Positions 52,101-64,000 of a stretch of 64,000 nt of DNA are shown piece by piece. Numbering within the stretch: position 1 is the first letter of the stretch; every line of letters starts with the position of its first letter. Both the position numbers and the translations under genes were made by a program. The notes beneath the pieces were generated by a model that was given only the letters and a program-made list of their open reading frames with translations, did no database searches and was not told the DNA's origin. The stretch covers positions 69,936,001 to 70,000,000 of the forward strand of contig NC_135804.1 of assembly GCF_964213995.1 (NCBI RefSeq). Reading direction: 5' to 3'. This DNA is from Mustelus asterias. Lineage: Eukaryota.

Positions 52101-54117
52101 TTGATCATGGAGGCTTATCAAATATTATCCTTTATACGTTGGCATATCAGGGCAGGGAAGTTACGAGAGACCAGTTACCTTCAGATGTAGTATTGCTTAG
52201 AGTTCTGCTCACCACATTACAGGAAAGATCGAATCACACTGGAGATATCATAGAGAAGGTTTAAGAAGATGATGCTCGGAGTGAAGAATTTTAGCTATAA
52301 GGAAATATTGATTATGTTGAGATCGTTTTCATTTGAACATAGCGGGGCGAAGGCAGTGGGGAGGAAAAGAGGGAAGTTTTATTTAATGTGTACAAAATAA
52401 TGAGTCGCCTAGATGGAATACATAGGAAGGATGTATTATTCTTGGTAAACAGACCATCTTGATTTGGAACCATATCGCCGATCCTTGATTGTCACTGTCT
52501 CAAAACCTATAACTTGTGGTTGTATCTACCCCAGATTCATTGCAGCGGTAAAGAAAGTTGATCACCACCAACTTCTCTGGGACGGATGAGCAACAAATGC
52601 TCGCCTTATCAAAGAATCTCACATCCCACGAAAGAATGAAGGAAAAGTAGAAAGGGCATGGGATTAGTCGACTTGTCAAAATGATTAGATGGCAATTGCG
52701 GAGCTGAGGGCTTGGAACTTACTGCTTGAAATACTGGTGGCGGCAGAAAGCCTCATTGCATGAAAAACTTGGATATGCACTTCAAGCAATGCAACCTTCA
52801 GAGTTACAGAACAAGAGCTGCAAGTGGGGTTTGGCTGCAGAGCTCTTTTTCGGCTTTGTATAGTAAAGAATCATGAACAGTAAAATAGAGTAAATTAAAC
52901 TAAAATATTTTCAAATACATCATTCATCAGCTGGACGAGTGCCCGAAGTGCTGAACATGGGGTAAAAGACAAGCTCGTGGGGAAAACGGGGAAGTGTCTA
53001 CAGAGAACGTAGAGTTGCGGGAAGTGTCGCTAAGGTAGCTGTGGGAGTCAGTGGGGCTATAGCAGGTAATATTCGCAGTCTAACCCCAGAACTTGAGACA
53101 GAGAAGACGAGGGAGGAACCGGTGGTGAATTATATTCAAAGGATGTAGCGGAGGAAACTCGAAACCAGCTTAATGAAATGATCAAGTTCAGGTTGAACGC
53201 AAAATGTGGCATCGAGACAGTGTTTAGAATACTCACCTACCAGAAAACAGAGATGAAGGTGGAATATGAAAGTGTCTGGAACAAAAGAAAATCGTTTCAC
53301 TTAACACCTGGAGGATGAGGCAAAGTTAGAGCTTATCCTGCATAACAAATCTTTTGTATTTCATACCAATGATGTCCAGTTAGCTTCAGACAGCAACATG
53401 TTCACAGCTGGAATTCAGCTGCTCCGAAAATGTTATGTGACGTCTGAACAGCAAGCAAATGGATAAACAGCAAAGTGGATTGAATAGAAGGATAGAAACC
53501 CCGCCGTGAGGAAATCTGACCCAAAGCTGGGAATCAACATCCCCCCCCCCCCCCCCCCCCGTCCCCGCTCACCATCACCGCCCCCCCTCCCCTGCCCCAT
53601 GACCTTCTTTACTGGGATATCTGTGCTTTCATGATATATTTTCTGTGAATCCGTCCCTCACAAACAATAGTGCCGAAAGGGGAGAGAGAAGGCGAGATGG
53701 TGGGGCGGGGTGGGGGGAGGGGGGGTACATGGACATGGGGGGGGGGGGCGGAGGGGAGATGTTGTGTTTGCACGTAACTCATTTTTTCTCAAGTCCTGCG
53801 ACCTTCTCTTATTGACATTGTGGCCCCGCCCATTTTATTCGCATTTAGCCACGCGTTCCAGCCTAATTTATTGAGATCAGTCAACTTTCTGTCAAACTGC
53901 CGCTTTCCAAACGCTCTGTCATTGACGTTACAAACGACGAAAAAGAAAATAGTTTAACTTGAGCTGACCGTTCCTGTTAAAGTCACATTCATAAATCACT
54001 TCTTAAAATAGATTCCGACATTTCATGCAACAGCTCGCCACGTCATCTATCAAACCGGATTGTCAACGAAATACTTGCAGACTAACAGAGGTGCAGCTCA
54101 TCAATAGGCTTTTAACG

Positions 54118-54163
54118 ATGTCTGCATGTCAATGCGTATGGGTCCTGGGAATTATTTACGAAG
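54118..54163 (+). CDS. Gene B exon 1: signal peptide MSACQCVWVLGIIYE
   Basis: ATG 54118, phase-1 donor G|gtattt as in gene A. Confidence 0.75.
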
Positions 54164-54242
54164 GTATTTTCCACCACAACTTGTTTTCTCCTTTAGAATC
54201 TTCTAATCCTGTTTTCTTTTTCATCCGTGTGTCCGCTTATAT

Positions 54243-54377
54243 NNNNNNNNNNNNNNNNNNNNNNNNNNNNNNNNNNNNNNNNNNNNNNNNNNNNNNNNNN
54301 NNNNNNNNNNNNNNNNNNNNNNNNNNNNNNNNNNNNNNNNNNNNNNNNNNNNNNNNNNNNNNNNNNNNNNNNNNNNN
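54243..54377. other. Assembly gap (N run) in gene B intron 1
   Basis: Run of N. Confidence 1.
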
Positions 54378-54432
54378 ACGGTTAAAGTACAATTTATTCA
54401 TATGTAACAACTACATTTTAAATATTTTATAG

Positions 54433-54744
54433 TTGCATCCACCTCGGTGTCGCAATCGCCTGAAAGCACCATTCTGATGGCAGGTTCAGACATTACCTTC
54501 CACTGCACAGCGAACTCTGTCCAGCTTCACTCAAATGTGGATGTTTATTGGTGGAAACTTGGCGATGAAACCTTATTAGAACCGAATTCTGATGGCAGAA
54601 AGCGATTCTTTCCTTTTAAAAGCGGAGCGACTTCTTTCCAGATCCTGAATGTCCGTGTCTCCGACTCCGGATCCTATTACTGCGGAGTGCGAGACACAGG
54701 CAGCAAGATACTCAATGGAACTGGATCCAAACTTGTTGTGCACG
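54433..54744 (+). CDS. Gene B exon 2: Ig V-set domain with joined J-like G strand
   Basis: ttttatag| acceptor; VSQSP, FHC, YWWK, DSGSYYC, NGTGSKLVV; phase 1/1, 312 nt, donor gtaaga. Confidence 0.92.
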
Positions 54745-55842
54745 GTAAGAGACATGGGGCATCTGTCATTGTAGGACGCTATATAGAAGATCAGAGACAG
54801 TTTTGATTAATCAGGGGGATTAACAGGGCAAATTTGTGGGGTTATGGGGATAGGGCTTGGGAGGGATTGTTGTCGGTGCAGACTCGATGGGCCGAATGGC
54901 CTCCTTCAGCACTGTAGTATTCTATTATTCTGTAATCAGTGAATTGATTTCTAATGTTAGTTTGTGGAAGAGGATTAGGGAACATTATTTAAAGTCGGGC
55001 CTAAAACCATACCACAATCCGCACCCATTGTTTGTTATGCATCTATATTCTACCTGTTTATTAGCGCAGGGTTCCAAGGCATTATTTAGATGAGGGATTT
55101 TACCTAAAAATGCCGTATGTGGTAGCAAAAAGGACCTTGATTGGCGATATGGATAGAACACAAAACATTTTTGTTACGAGGGTCTGTACTTTACAATTCT
55201 ATTGCAGAATCCTCGGGTTTGATATTCCTGTGGTACCACCTTCAAAGATTATAATAGCAAGATTACTCAAACTGATCGGCATATGAAACCGATCAGTTCG
55301 CTGTCGATTGGAATTAATTAGAGGGCTGGATTATAAAAGAAGTACTGATACCAATGACAGCAAGACGCCGTTCCTCATCCGGGGTGTTTGACACATACAT
55401 GGTTAAAACTTTAGATAATACGAATTCGAGTATATTCCAGGTAACTGGAAACACAGTCCGTTTCCGATCATTTCTGGAAATTAGATCTGATACTCGCTTG
55501 GCATATGACTGTGGAATCCAACCTGTGGATTTTACGGCGCCACTTCGTGAGGTCAGACCAGATCTATAGTTACTTTTGCTTCGTGTTAGGATTGAAACAA
55601 AAAGCTGCACTGCTCGTTCCCCTCCCCTTCGCAGTTCCACGGTTCATCCCTTCAAACGTCAATTGTTGCCATGTCCTTCCAATCAAATTTGCAGCAATTT
55701 CCCATTTTTCCCCTTTAAAATATTGAACACCATATGATTAATATTCTGCACATTAAGATTATCGTGAGACCAATGTATCACTTCTCTTGGCCGTAAGAAT
55801 TTCTCCCCTTGCTACAGAAATAGAAGCCTTAAGTCAATCAAT

Positions 55843-56040
55843 CATAGAAATCATAGAATCATAGAAACCCTCCAGTGCAGAAGGAGGCCATTCGGCCCAT
55901 CGAGTCTGCACCGACCACAATCCCACCCAGGCCCTACCCCCACATATTTTACCCGCTAATCCCTCTAACCTACGCATCCCAGGACTCGAAGGGGCAATTT
56001 TTTTTTAACCTGGCCAATCCACCTAACCCGCACATCTTTG
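55843..56040 (-). mobile_element. SINE 3' fragment
   Basis: HE1-type 3' half with (ATCATAGA)n tail. Confidence 0.8.
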
Positions 56041-56484
56041 AATTAATATGAATTAATATTATCTACATGAGTTTTGTTTATTTACATGGTGCGTAATCAT
56101 AATGATTAAATATTTCTGAATAAATATCAAAACATATGCCTTTGTTTTTCCATTTGAAATTTGGTATTCTTGCCTTTGCCCAGATGAGTGCAAAATATGA
56201 AGCTTCCACAGCATGCTTCTTTCTACGGGCAATATTTATTTACGAGACCAAAACCAACCTGAATGTCTTGCGCATTACTTTCTGCTGGTACTGTAATATT
56301 GTTCATTAGTGTTCGCATATTAGTCTAGAATTTGTAATGGGAATTTAAATGTAACGTTTTGTCGTGATTTAGTTTGGTTCCTGCGACCAAAATCCATCTG
56401 ACCATCGCAAGGTAGACTGGATCTTAAAGGGGAATAAGGTACACAAGTACAAACCGTCAGTGTTTTCGTTTCGCTGTTCCACAG

Positions 56485-56793
56485 TTTCCCCAGAACCCAT
56501 AAGACTGATCCCCAAGGTTTCCCGTACCAACTCATCTACTCGAACACTTGTGTGTGAAACGGCTGAGTTCTACCCAGAGTCTGTCACCTTCATTTGGTAT
56601 AAAAACGACAGCAACATTGTGACTGGGATCAGCACCATTCAAACGGTGAACGCAGAGGGGGAATATGAAGCTTCCAGTACTTTGGAAATGGAAGATCCAG
56701 CTCAGAGCGGTATTGTGTATACCTGTGTGGTGTCTCACCTCACACTGCAGTATCCAATCACGGCTGTTTACTTGGACTCCATTTCTAATTCAG
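56485..56793 (+). CDS. Gene B exon 3: Ig C1-set domain
   Basis: ccacag| acceptor; TLVCETAEFYPESVTFIWYK, GEYEASSTL, YTCVVSHLTL; phase 1/1, 309 nt. Confidence 0.92.
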
Positions 56794-57448
56794 GTAAGAT
56801 GCCAATCTTTGTACAGATGTAGTCGGTCACCGTTTGCTATGTATCCACGTTAATGTCGTTCAATCCTCTGAACTTAATTACGTTCATTTAAAGACTGGTT
56901 CGTCTTGGGGATTTGTAAAGCGGACAAAGGAGGGAAAGAGAGCGATCTATTACGAATATTATCCATTACCCAATTTCATTCAGATTCAATGGTTTGCCAT
57001 TTAACGCAGAACAAAGGAATACATGGAAAGTCTTTTCACTCATGACTTTAGAATTTCCTCGTTATGACAAGCTGCTAATACCCTTGTATAGATATTCCAC
57101 TTTATGAGACACATCACCCTGCACTCATGTGGCTGTAATTTTCGACATGTGCCTAGCTGTAAAATTCCTGGTTTTTGTGTCAATGGAAATGCAAACGATA
57201 CGTGTTTATTGATGTAATACAAACAGGGGATGTAATCAGCTGATTGTGAAGTCAGAATCAATAACAGTACCAGGTCATGTGAGTTAAAAGTCTTCGGCTC
57301 TGTTACTGAAAAATATTTGCAATATATTTTATTCAATAGACTGGTTCCGTATCACTTCCTTCAACGGGAAAATGGTAATTGATTATTCATATTAATAGCA
57401 ATAATTATATTACGTTCGCTGTTTTCACTATCATTATGATTTTCACAG

Positions 57449-57562
57449 ATCCTGGGCACACTACCATTTATCTACAGATTTCTAAATATGCAGGAGCTGT
57501 ATTGATATTTCTAGCCCTGAGCGCTTTCATTATGAAGAGCGACCAACTCCGTAACTGTAATG
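57449..57562 (+). CDS. Gene B exon 4: transmembrane with Lys
   Basis: ttcacag| acceptor; DPGHTTIYLQISKYAGAVLIFLALSAFIMKSDQLRNCN; donor G|gtaagg; aligns with gene A TM exon. Confidence 0.85.
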
Positions 57563-58427
57563 GTAAGGAGCCAACCAAGTTGCTTATCTTTGATACAAGC
57601 GAATAATTAATCCAATCGAGAGCATACCTCCCACCACACTGTTTTAACCCAGTATTACTACAAAAACGCAAGTATTCTTTGAAGCTTTTTCCTCTCGAGC
57701 AGATATTCTGAAACGACAAAGATGAAAATGGAAATATCTTGATTAACAACGTTCATCGCATTGAGTAGGCGTCAGACCAAACTACTTCCGACAACTTGCT
57801 CTGAATACTCTGCTCACATTTTGACAGCTGTGACATATTCCACCCCAGCCGCTCAGCCAATCCATAACATTCTAACACGATTAACGACATTCTAAATAAA
57901 AAAGTCAATCTGTCGTATCTCGCATTGTCAACTGATGCTTTCTTTGAAATAAACTAATCAGTTCTTCCTTGCGCCGTATCCCATCTGTATACCAAATTTT
58001 AATAATATCCATTCATTAGTTTCTGAAATGAATTATTTATAAACGTTTTAGCAGACTAACTATCAGACAAGAATATTCCATCCGCCCACCTATAGTGACA
58101 GGAGGCAACGAAGAAACAACATAACAGGGAGGAAAGAAGGAAATGTTCAATCTGATCCAGGAATGGAAATTTAATGATATGTGAACTGTTCCATTGGAAC
58201 CACAACCTGAAACAAATAAATTGCCAATCAAATGAACATAAAGTAATGATTAAGGAGTAGCGATGTTTTGTTGGTTTCATTTTTGGTGACGTTTTGAAGT
58301 TTGAAGTATAAATTGCGTCTTCGGGGCCGAATGCATTGAAGGAACCTTAAGATGGGATTTTTCTGTCCTGTGATCCTCAAGGCGGCAGTGGTTAAAGTTC
58401 AGCCGGATCCACTTCACGAGATATATA

Positions 58428-58735
58428 TCATAGAAATCATAGAAACCCTACAGTGCAGAAGGAGGCCATTCGGCCCATCGAGTCTGCACCGACCACAATC
58501 CCACCCAGGCCCTACCCTCACATATTTACCCGCTAATCCCTCTAACCTACACATCTCAGGACTCTAAGGGGCAATTTTTAACCTGGCCAATCAACCTAAC
58601 CCGCACATCTTTGGACTGTGGGAGGAAACCGGAGCACCCGGAGAAAACCCACGCAGACACGAGGAGAATGTGCAAACTCCACACAGACAGTGACCCGAGC
58701 CGGGAATCGAACCCAGGACCCTGGAGCTGTGAAGC
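58428..58735 (-). mobile_element. V-domain SINE, 5' clipped
   Basis: Family motifs; joined directly to a CR1 ORF1 fragment. Confidence 0.85.
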
Positions 58736-59362
58736 GGGAGGAAGACACGTGGGTCACAGTTAGGAGGGGTAATAGTCAGAAGGGTGATGTGCCAGAAAGT
58801 ACCCCAGTGGCAGTCTCCCATAAAAGAAAGGGATGGGCAACAGATGGGAGAAGGGAAGAGAGTGAGCAGTCTGTGGAGGGATCCCCTGTGGTTGTCCCCC
58901 TCCAAAATAGGTATATTGTTTTGGATTCAGTGGAGGGGGATGACCCTCCAGGGGTAAGCCACGAGGACCAGATCGCCTCCACGGAGACAGGCTCAGGGGT
59001 CCGGAAGGGAAAGAAGGGGTTTAGGAGAGCGATAGTTGTGGGGGACGCAATGGTTAGAGGCACGGACAGGCGGTTCTATGGGAGTGAACGAGAATCCAGG
59101 ATGGTAGTCTGCCTCCCTGGTGCCGGAGTACTGGATGTCTCCGAGAGGGTAGGAAGCATATTTAAAAAGGAAGGTAGTCAAACGGATGTGATTATACACA
59201 TTGGTGAAAATGATGTAGGTAGGAAGAGCAGGGGGGTCATACGAGAGAAATTCAGGGAGTTGGGTGCTAGGCTAAAAAGTAAAGTCTCCAGGGTAGCAAT
59301 CTCTGGACTGCTCCCGGTGTCTAGGGCAAGTGAGGCTCGGAACAGGGAGATTCTACAGTTGA
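58736..59362 (+). mobile_element. CR1 ORF1 (esterase) fragment
   Basis: VPLQNRY, VVGDAMVRGTDRRF, CLPGA, HIGEND, ISGLLP. Confidence 0.85.
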
Positions 59363-59864
59363 AAGAAATTTTCACCGTCTATGAGATTTCTGATATTACA
59401 TCGGATAACAGTCCACAATCTGAAAACATAGAATTTCAAGAGTTTGCAAAACCCCTTTGGATTTATTTGCACAAACTCACCAGGATTTCCATGGGTTACT
59501 GGAGAAGCAGAGAAATGTGTCATGGAATCATAGAATCCCTACAGTGCAGAAGGAGCCCATTCGGCCCATCGAGTCAGCACCGACCAGAATCCCACTGGGG
59601 CCTATTCCCGCAACCCCTCATAATTACCGGCTAATCCTCCTGACACTATGGTTAATTTAGCATGGCCAATCAACCTAACTCGCACATCTTTATCCAAAAT
59701 GTAAAGTCATTACTGCATAGAAAACAGATTTTCAACTCCGGCTCTTGGGTTATCTATTCTCAGCCCTTCAGAGTGGATTGGTTCCCTGGGGGTTCCTCAT
59801 GGAATCCAATGGAACGTGGTTTTGGGCATATATTTCTGCCGTTCCACATACATTGATGCCACAG

Positions 59865-59899
59865 GTCAACGATGCAGATTTATAGAAAGAACATGTTAG
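59865..59899 (+). CDS. Gene B candidate terminal exon GQRCRFIERTC*
   Basis: ccacag| phase 1; resembles gene A exon 5 (GERCHYLEQ); ATTAAA at 60080-60085; weak pyrimidine tract. Confidence 0.45.
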
Positions 59900-60120
59900 A
59901 GAAGAAACTTACCAAAATAACCCAGAGAATCAGTTTGTATCAGCGATAAGTCAAACTTTGGAGCTCACCTGAGAACTTAAAGTGTCCAGCAGGAATTAGG
60001 CACAGTAAAAAAAACCAAAATACCTTTGATCCCAGTAAAACAATAGTGAGAAAATCAGCGTTCAAAGAGGTCCTAATTCATTAAAAATGAAAGAAGACAC
60101 CTAAGCAGGAAAAAAAGGTG

Positions 60121-61345
60121 AGATGACACAAAGATTGCTGGAGTCGTGGATAGCGATGAACATTGTCAGAGAATACAGCAGGATATAGATAGGCTGGAAA
60201 ATTGGGTGGAGAAATGGCAGATGGAATTTAATCCAGATAAATGCAAAGTGATGCATTTTGGTAGATCTAATGCAGGGGGGAGCTGTACAATAAATGGCAG
60301 AGCCATCAGGAGTATAGACTGGGTGGCACGGTAGCACAGTGGTTAGCACTGCTGCTTCACAGCTCCAGGGTCCCGGGTTCGATGCTCGGGTCACTGTCTG
60401 TGTGGAGTTTGCACATTCTCCTCGTGTCTGCGTGGGTTTCCTCCGGGTGCTCCGGTTTCCTCCCACAGTCCAAAGATGTGCGGATTAGGTTGATTGGCCA
60501 GGTTAAAAATTGCCCCTTAGAGTCCTGGGATGTGTAGGTTAGAGGGATTAGCGGGTAAATATGTGGGGGTAGGGCCTGGGTGGGATTGTGGTCGGTGCAG
60601 ACTCGATGGGCCGAATGGCCTCCTTCTGCACTGTAGGGTTTCTATGAGACACACAGAGGGATCTGGGTGTGCAAGTCCACAGATCCTTAAAGGTGGCAGC
60701 ACAGGTGGAAAAGGGGGTGAAGCAGGCATATAGCATGCTTGCCTTTATTGGACAGGGCATAGAGTATAAAAGTTGGCATATGTTATTGCAGTTATATAGA
60801 ACGTTGGTTGGGTCACATTTGGAATACTGCATCCAGTTCTGGTCGCCAGACTACCAGAAGGACGTGGAGGCTTTGGAGAGAGTGCAGAAAAGGTTTACAA
60901 CGATGTTGCCTGGTATTAGCTCTGAGGACAGATTGAGTAAACTAGGGTTGTTCTCCCTGGAAAGACGGAGGTTGTGGGGCGACTTAATAGAAGTTTATAA
61001 AATTATGAAGGGCATAGATAGGGTGAACAGTTGGAAGCTTTTTCCCAGATCAGAAATGACAAACACAAGGGGTCACAAGTTCAAGGTAAGGGGAGCAAGG
61101 CTCAATACAGATATGCGGGGTACTTATTTTACACAGAGGGTGGTGGGGGCCTGGAATGCACTACCAAGCAAGGTGGTTGAGGCAGACACGCTAGGATCAT
61201 TTAAGACTTATCTCGATCGCCACATGAACAGACTGGGAATAGAGGGATACAAACGGATGGTCTAGTTAGGAACACATGATCGGTGCAGGCTTGGAGGGCC
61301 GAAGCGCCTGTTCCTGTGCTGTATTGTTCTTTGTTCTTTGTTTGT
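60121..61345 (+). mobile_element. 5'-truncated CR1 interrupted by a SINE
   Basis: DDTKIAG...MEFNPDKC, then QRDLGVQVH...FTQRVV; tail tgttctttgttcttt. Confidence 0.9.
60321..60645 (+). mobile_element. V-domain SINE nested in CR1
   Basis: Full A/B box head, central domain and tail. Confidence 0.9.
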
Positions 61346-62294
61346 TCTTGAGACAAAGTAAAACGTTTACTTAATAATGCAAAAATACAATATGTTTTCT
61401 ATGAGACTACAGAACACTGAAATGCTCCGAATGGTTGGGGAACTGAAGCTTTGGGTTTCCAGAAACATCATGGAGCCTTGAGGTTTGAACAGAGACTTGG
61501 TGGCAGATGTAATGGGGTATGTTGGACTAAATTCTATCAAGGGATAACTGTAACAGTCTGTGATGTCATGGAAGGAAGTGACATACGCTTGCGATCTGGG
61601 ACTTGAGGAAGGGAAGCATTGTCAGAAGCTAAGGTTAAAGTGTTCTTATAACAGCAAATATGCTAAAATAAAGTTAGGGTGTTTTGCAGCCAGCAGTCTT
61701 TGAAAAAATATTGAAATTTCTCCAACCGAGCAACATAATAATATACTAACAATGGCCGTCCAAAGATGTGCGGGTTATGCGGTTTGGCCAAGCTAAATTG
61801 CCCCTTAGTGTCAGGGGGACCAACAGGGTAAATACATGGAGTTGTGGGGATGGGGCCTGGGTGGGATTGCGGTCGGTGTAGACTCGATAGGCCGAATAGC
61901 ATCTTTCTGCATTGTAGGATTCTATGATTCTAGGAATACAGCCATACTGTCATTCTGGCAGAGGCCACCAGGTACCGCTCACACGTAGTCCATTCCAATT
62001 TTATACTCTCTCAAGCTGTGATGCATGTTGGAGTGGGAAGCCTCCCTTCTCCGAGTCTTCACATTACAACCCGGTGCATGGCCAGCGCACCTCGTATTTC
62101 GTTGGGTATGTTTGTGTCCAATAGCGTGGGACATGTTTTGCCAGTTTTTTTTCTGTAAGCGTGGCTTCACTCTTGCTTTTGAATGATATCAGTTTTATGA
62201 GCTGTCGCTTGCATTGGTCATTTCCAGAGATGCCGCACCTGCAAGAAAACTGGACATTTTATGTTAAATGACAGAGTTGTTCGCATTTTCATCC

Positions 62295-62628
62295 ATAGAA
62301 CCATAGAATCCCGACAGAGCAGAAGGAGGCCATTCAGCCCATTGATTTTGCACTGATTCTCCGACAGAGTATCCTACCTAGGCCCTATCCCCGTAGCTCC
62401 TCATATTTACCCCACTAATGTCCCTAAATTATACATCTTGGGACACTAAGGGGCGATTTAGCATGGCCAATCAACTCAACCCGCATATCTTTGGGCAATT
62501 GGTGCAAACCAGAGCACCAGGAGGAAACCCACGTGGAAAAAGTGCAAACTCCACACAGTCACCCAAGGCTGGAATTAAACCCCGGTCCCTGGTGCAGTGA
62601 GGCAACAATGCTAACTACCGTGCCACCC
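62295..62628 (-). mobile_element. V-domain SINE, diverged
   Basis: Family motifs on the minus strand. Confidence 0.75.
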
Positions 62629-63229
62629 ATTGGCACTGAAGGGAGGGACAAGCTATATACATCATAGTGTGAATAATAACAGAGAGAGAAATGGATGATG
62701 AAAGTGGTCTCAGATTGTCATGCAGAGTGTGAAATACAAGTAAGAAAGGACAAGGGTAGAAGTTGTTAAGAAAACGTGTGCGGCACCTCCACCAGAGCGT
62801 CCATTTCAACACTATGATGATTTTGCCCCTGCCTATGTTACGTACCGGGAACACAATGTGCTGGCGGACTCGGCACCATCAGTCACAGCCTCTCGCAATG
62901 TGCTCTTCACAACCTTCTGCAGAAAAGAGGGAATATGTTCGTGACAACTTTCGTAAGTGTTGTGTCCATGTTCTTTTCAAAGATGATTAATTTCTATCCT
63001 ATACGGGACGCGTTAGAAGGAAGTGCAGTTTGTAATAGTGCTGAGAACGTGAGGGCTAGTTTGAACAGCAGGAAAAGGCAGTGGGATGAAGCCCACTGCA
63101 GAGACTGGAGGGCAGTGAAGGGTACGGTGCAATATGGGGAGCCAGGTTGGAGGTGATGGAGGTGTGAACAGAGAGAAATAGAGCAATATTCGTATTTCAG
63201 CTACTCTATTGTTTAAACGCTCATCCAAG

Positions 63230-63750
63230 TCATAGTCGCTTCCAGGCCTGGCTATTTTACTATATTCCTAACCAGCTTCCCAGTCATCCAAAACTATCCT
63301 ATGCTTCAGGCCAAGTCCCCTTCGCCTATCATGCCTGCACTCAGCAGCCTCCACTGGCTCCGGTTAGAATAGGCAACATCGCCAAGACATTTGTATTATC
63401 CATGTTTTCAAATCCTCCTTAGCCCCATTTTTCATAACATTCCCTCGGCCCACAACCTGCACTCTTTTCTCTGTATCATTCCTCGTTTAATTTTTGCAAT
63501 ACTGGCAGCCGTGCCTTCAGCTGCCGTGTTCACAATCGTTCGAAGGCGCTACCTAAATATTCCCACCTCTCTATCACGTGCTCGTTTTTTAAGACCTTTC
63601 TTGCAGTCTAATATTCAGATGGAACTTTTGGTCATCTCTGTGTGATCTTATGCGATTCATTGTCAAGGTTTTGGGTTATAATAGTCCAGTGAAGCACTTT
63701 GGAGCGTTTTGTGGCTTTAACAGCGCTACATAAATGCAAACGATTGTCAC
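63230..63750 (+). mobile_element. L2-like LINE 3' fragment, decayed (similar pieces at ~41280-41830 and around the hAT)
   Basis: Recurrent caagtcc..ttcacccatcac..ctccactggctccc pattern and ending gtgaagcactttgg...cgctacataaatgca. Confidence 0.5.
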
Positions 63751-64000
63751 TGGTCGTGGTGGAGGCTGTAGTATTGAGAACTCTGTTGAGGTCTTTGAAC
63801 AATTTGTGGTATTGCAGCCAGTCTGACGATCTAAGCTCCTAGCAGTAACCTCCACTGTAACCTCTTCCCACTGACAGAGGACGGGGAAGAATATATCTCG
63901 GTTGCGCATCATTTGGATCAGGTGCCCGTAAAGCGCACCAGACAATCTGCGGATCCAACGAGCTGGCCCAGGAGCCATGTCTTTATCCAGAAATCTTTCA

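Noticed and set aside
53540-53950. Gene B promoter elements (GC box ~53823, CRE-like ~53923, G/C homopolymer tracts)
   Set aside because: Short motifs expected by chance, no TSS evidence, and homopolymer lengths are unreliable
21445-56793. Rearranging TCR/Ig locus
   Set aside because: V and J-like strand are in one exon, no RSS seen at the V ends, and gene A has an ITIM tail
57470-57530. TCR-like CART motif in gene B TM (Y-L-x-I-x-K, K-x-A-G)
   Set aside because: Resemblance limited to two or three residues; cannot be supported without alignment statistics
58618-59634. 338-aa ORF as a novel gene
   Set aside because: Chance fusion of antisense SINE, CR1 ORF1 fragment, unique sequence and another SINE

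Overview
Eukaryotic, repeat-rich vertebrate DNA. The repeat set (CR1 LINEs, tRNA/V-domain HE1-type SINEs, Penelope-like elements, Rex1/Babar, hAT, ERV remnants) points to a cartilaginous fish (inference). Between the repeats I reconstruct two tandem, paralogous, multi-exon + strand Ig-superfamily genes with phase-consistent GT-AG exons. Both have the layout leader / germline-joined VJ-type V domain / C1-set domain / TM / cytoplasmic tail. Gene A (21237-39100, about 336 aa) has an uncharged TM and a tail with LTYAAL and TEYAEL motifs, so it looks inhibitory and SIRPalpha-like. Gene B (54118-about 59899) has a Lys at the outer end of its TM and apparently a short tail with no tyrosine motif, so it looks activating. 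Together they resemble a non-rearranging, antigen-receptor-like or SIRP-like paired receptor system. Other content: a near-complete CR1 with an in-frame deletion in RT motif A, two related internally deleted ERV-like elements with tRNA-Ser primer binding sites, a Neptune-type Penelope element, minimal hammerhead ribozyme motifs (one sense-oriented in a gene A intron behind its own antisense arm), a solo LTR, a decayed hAT transposon and two assembly gaps. All exon calls were made by eye, without expression data.
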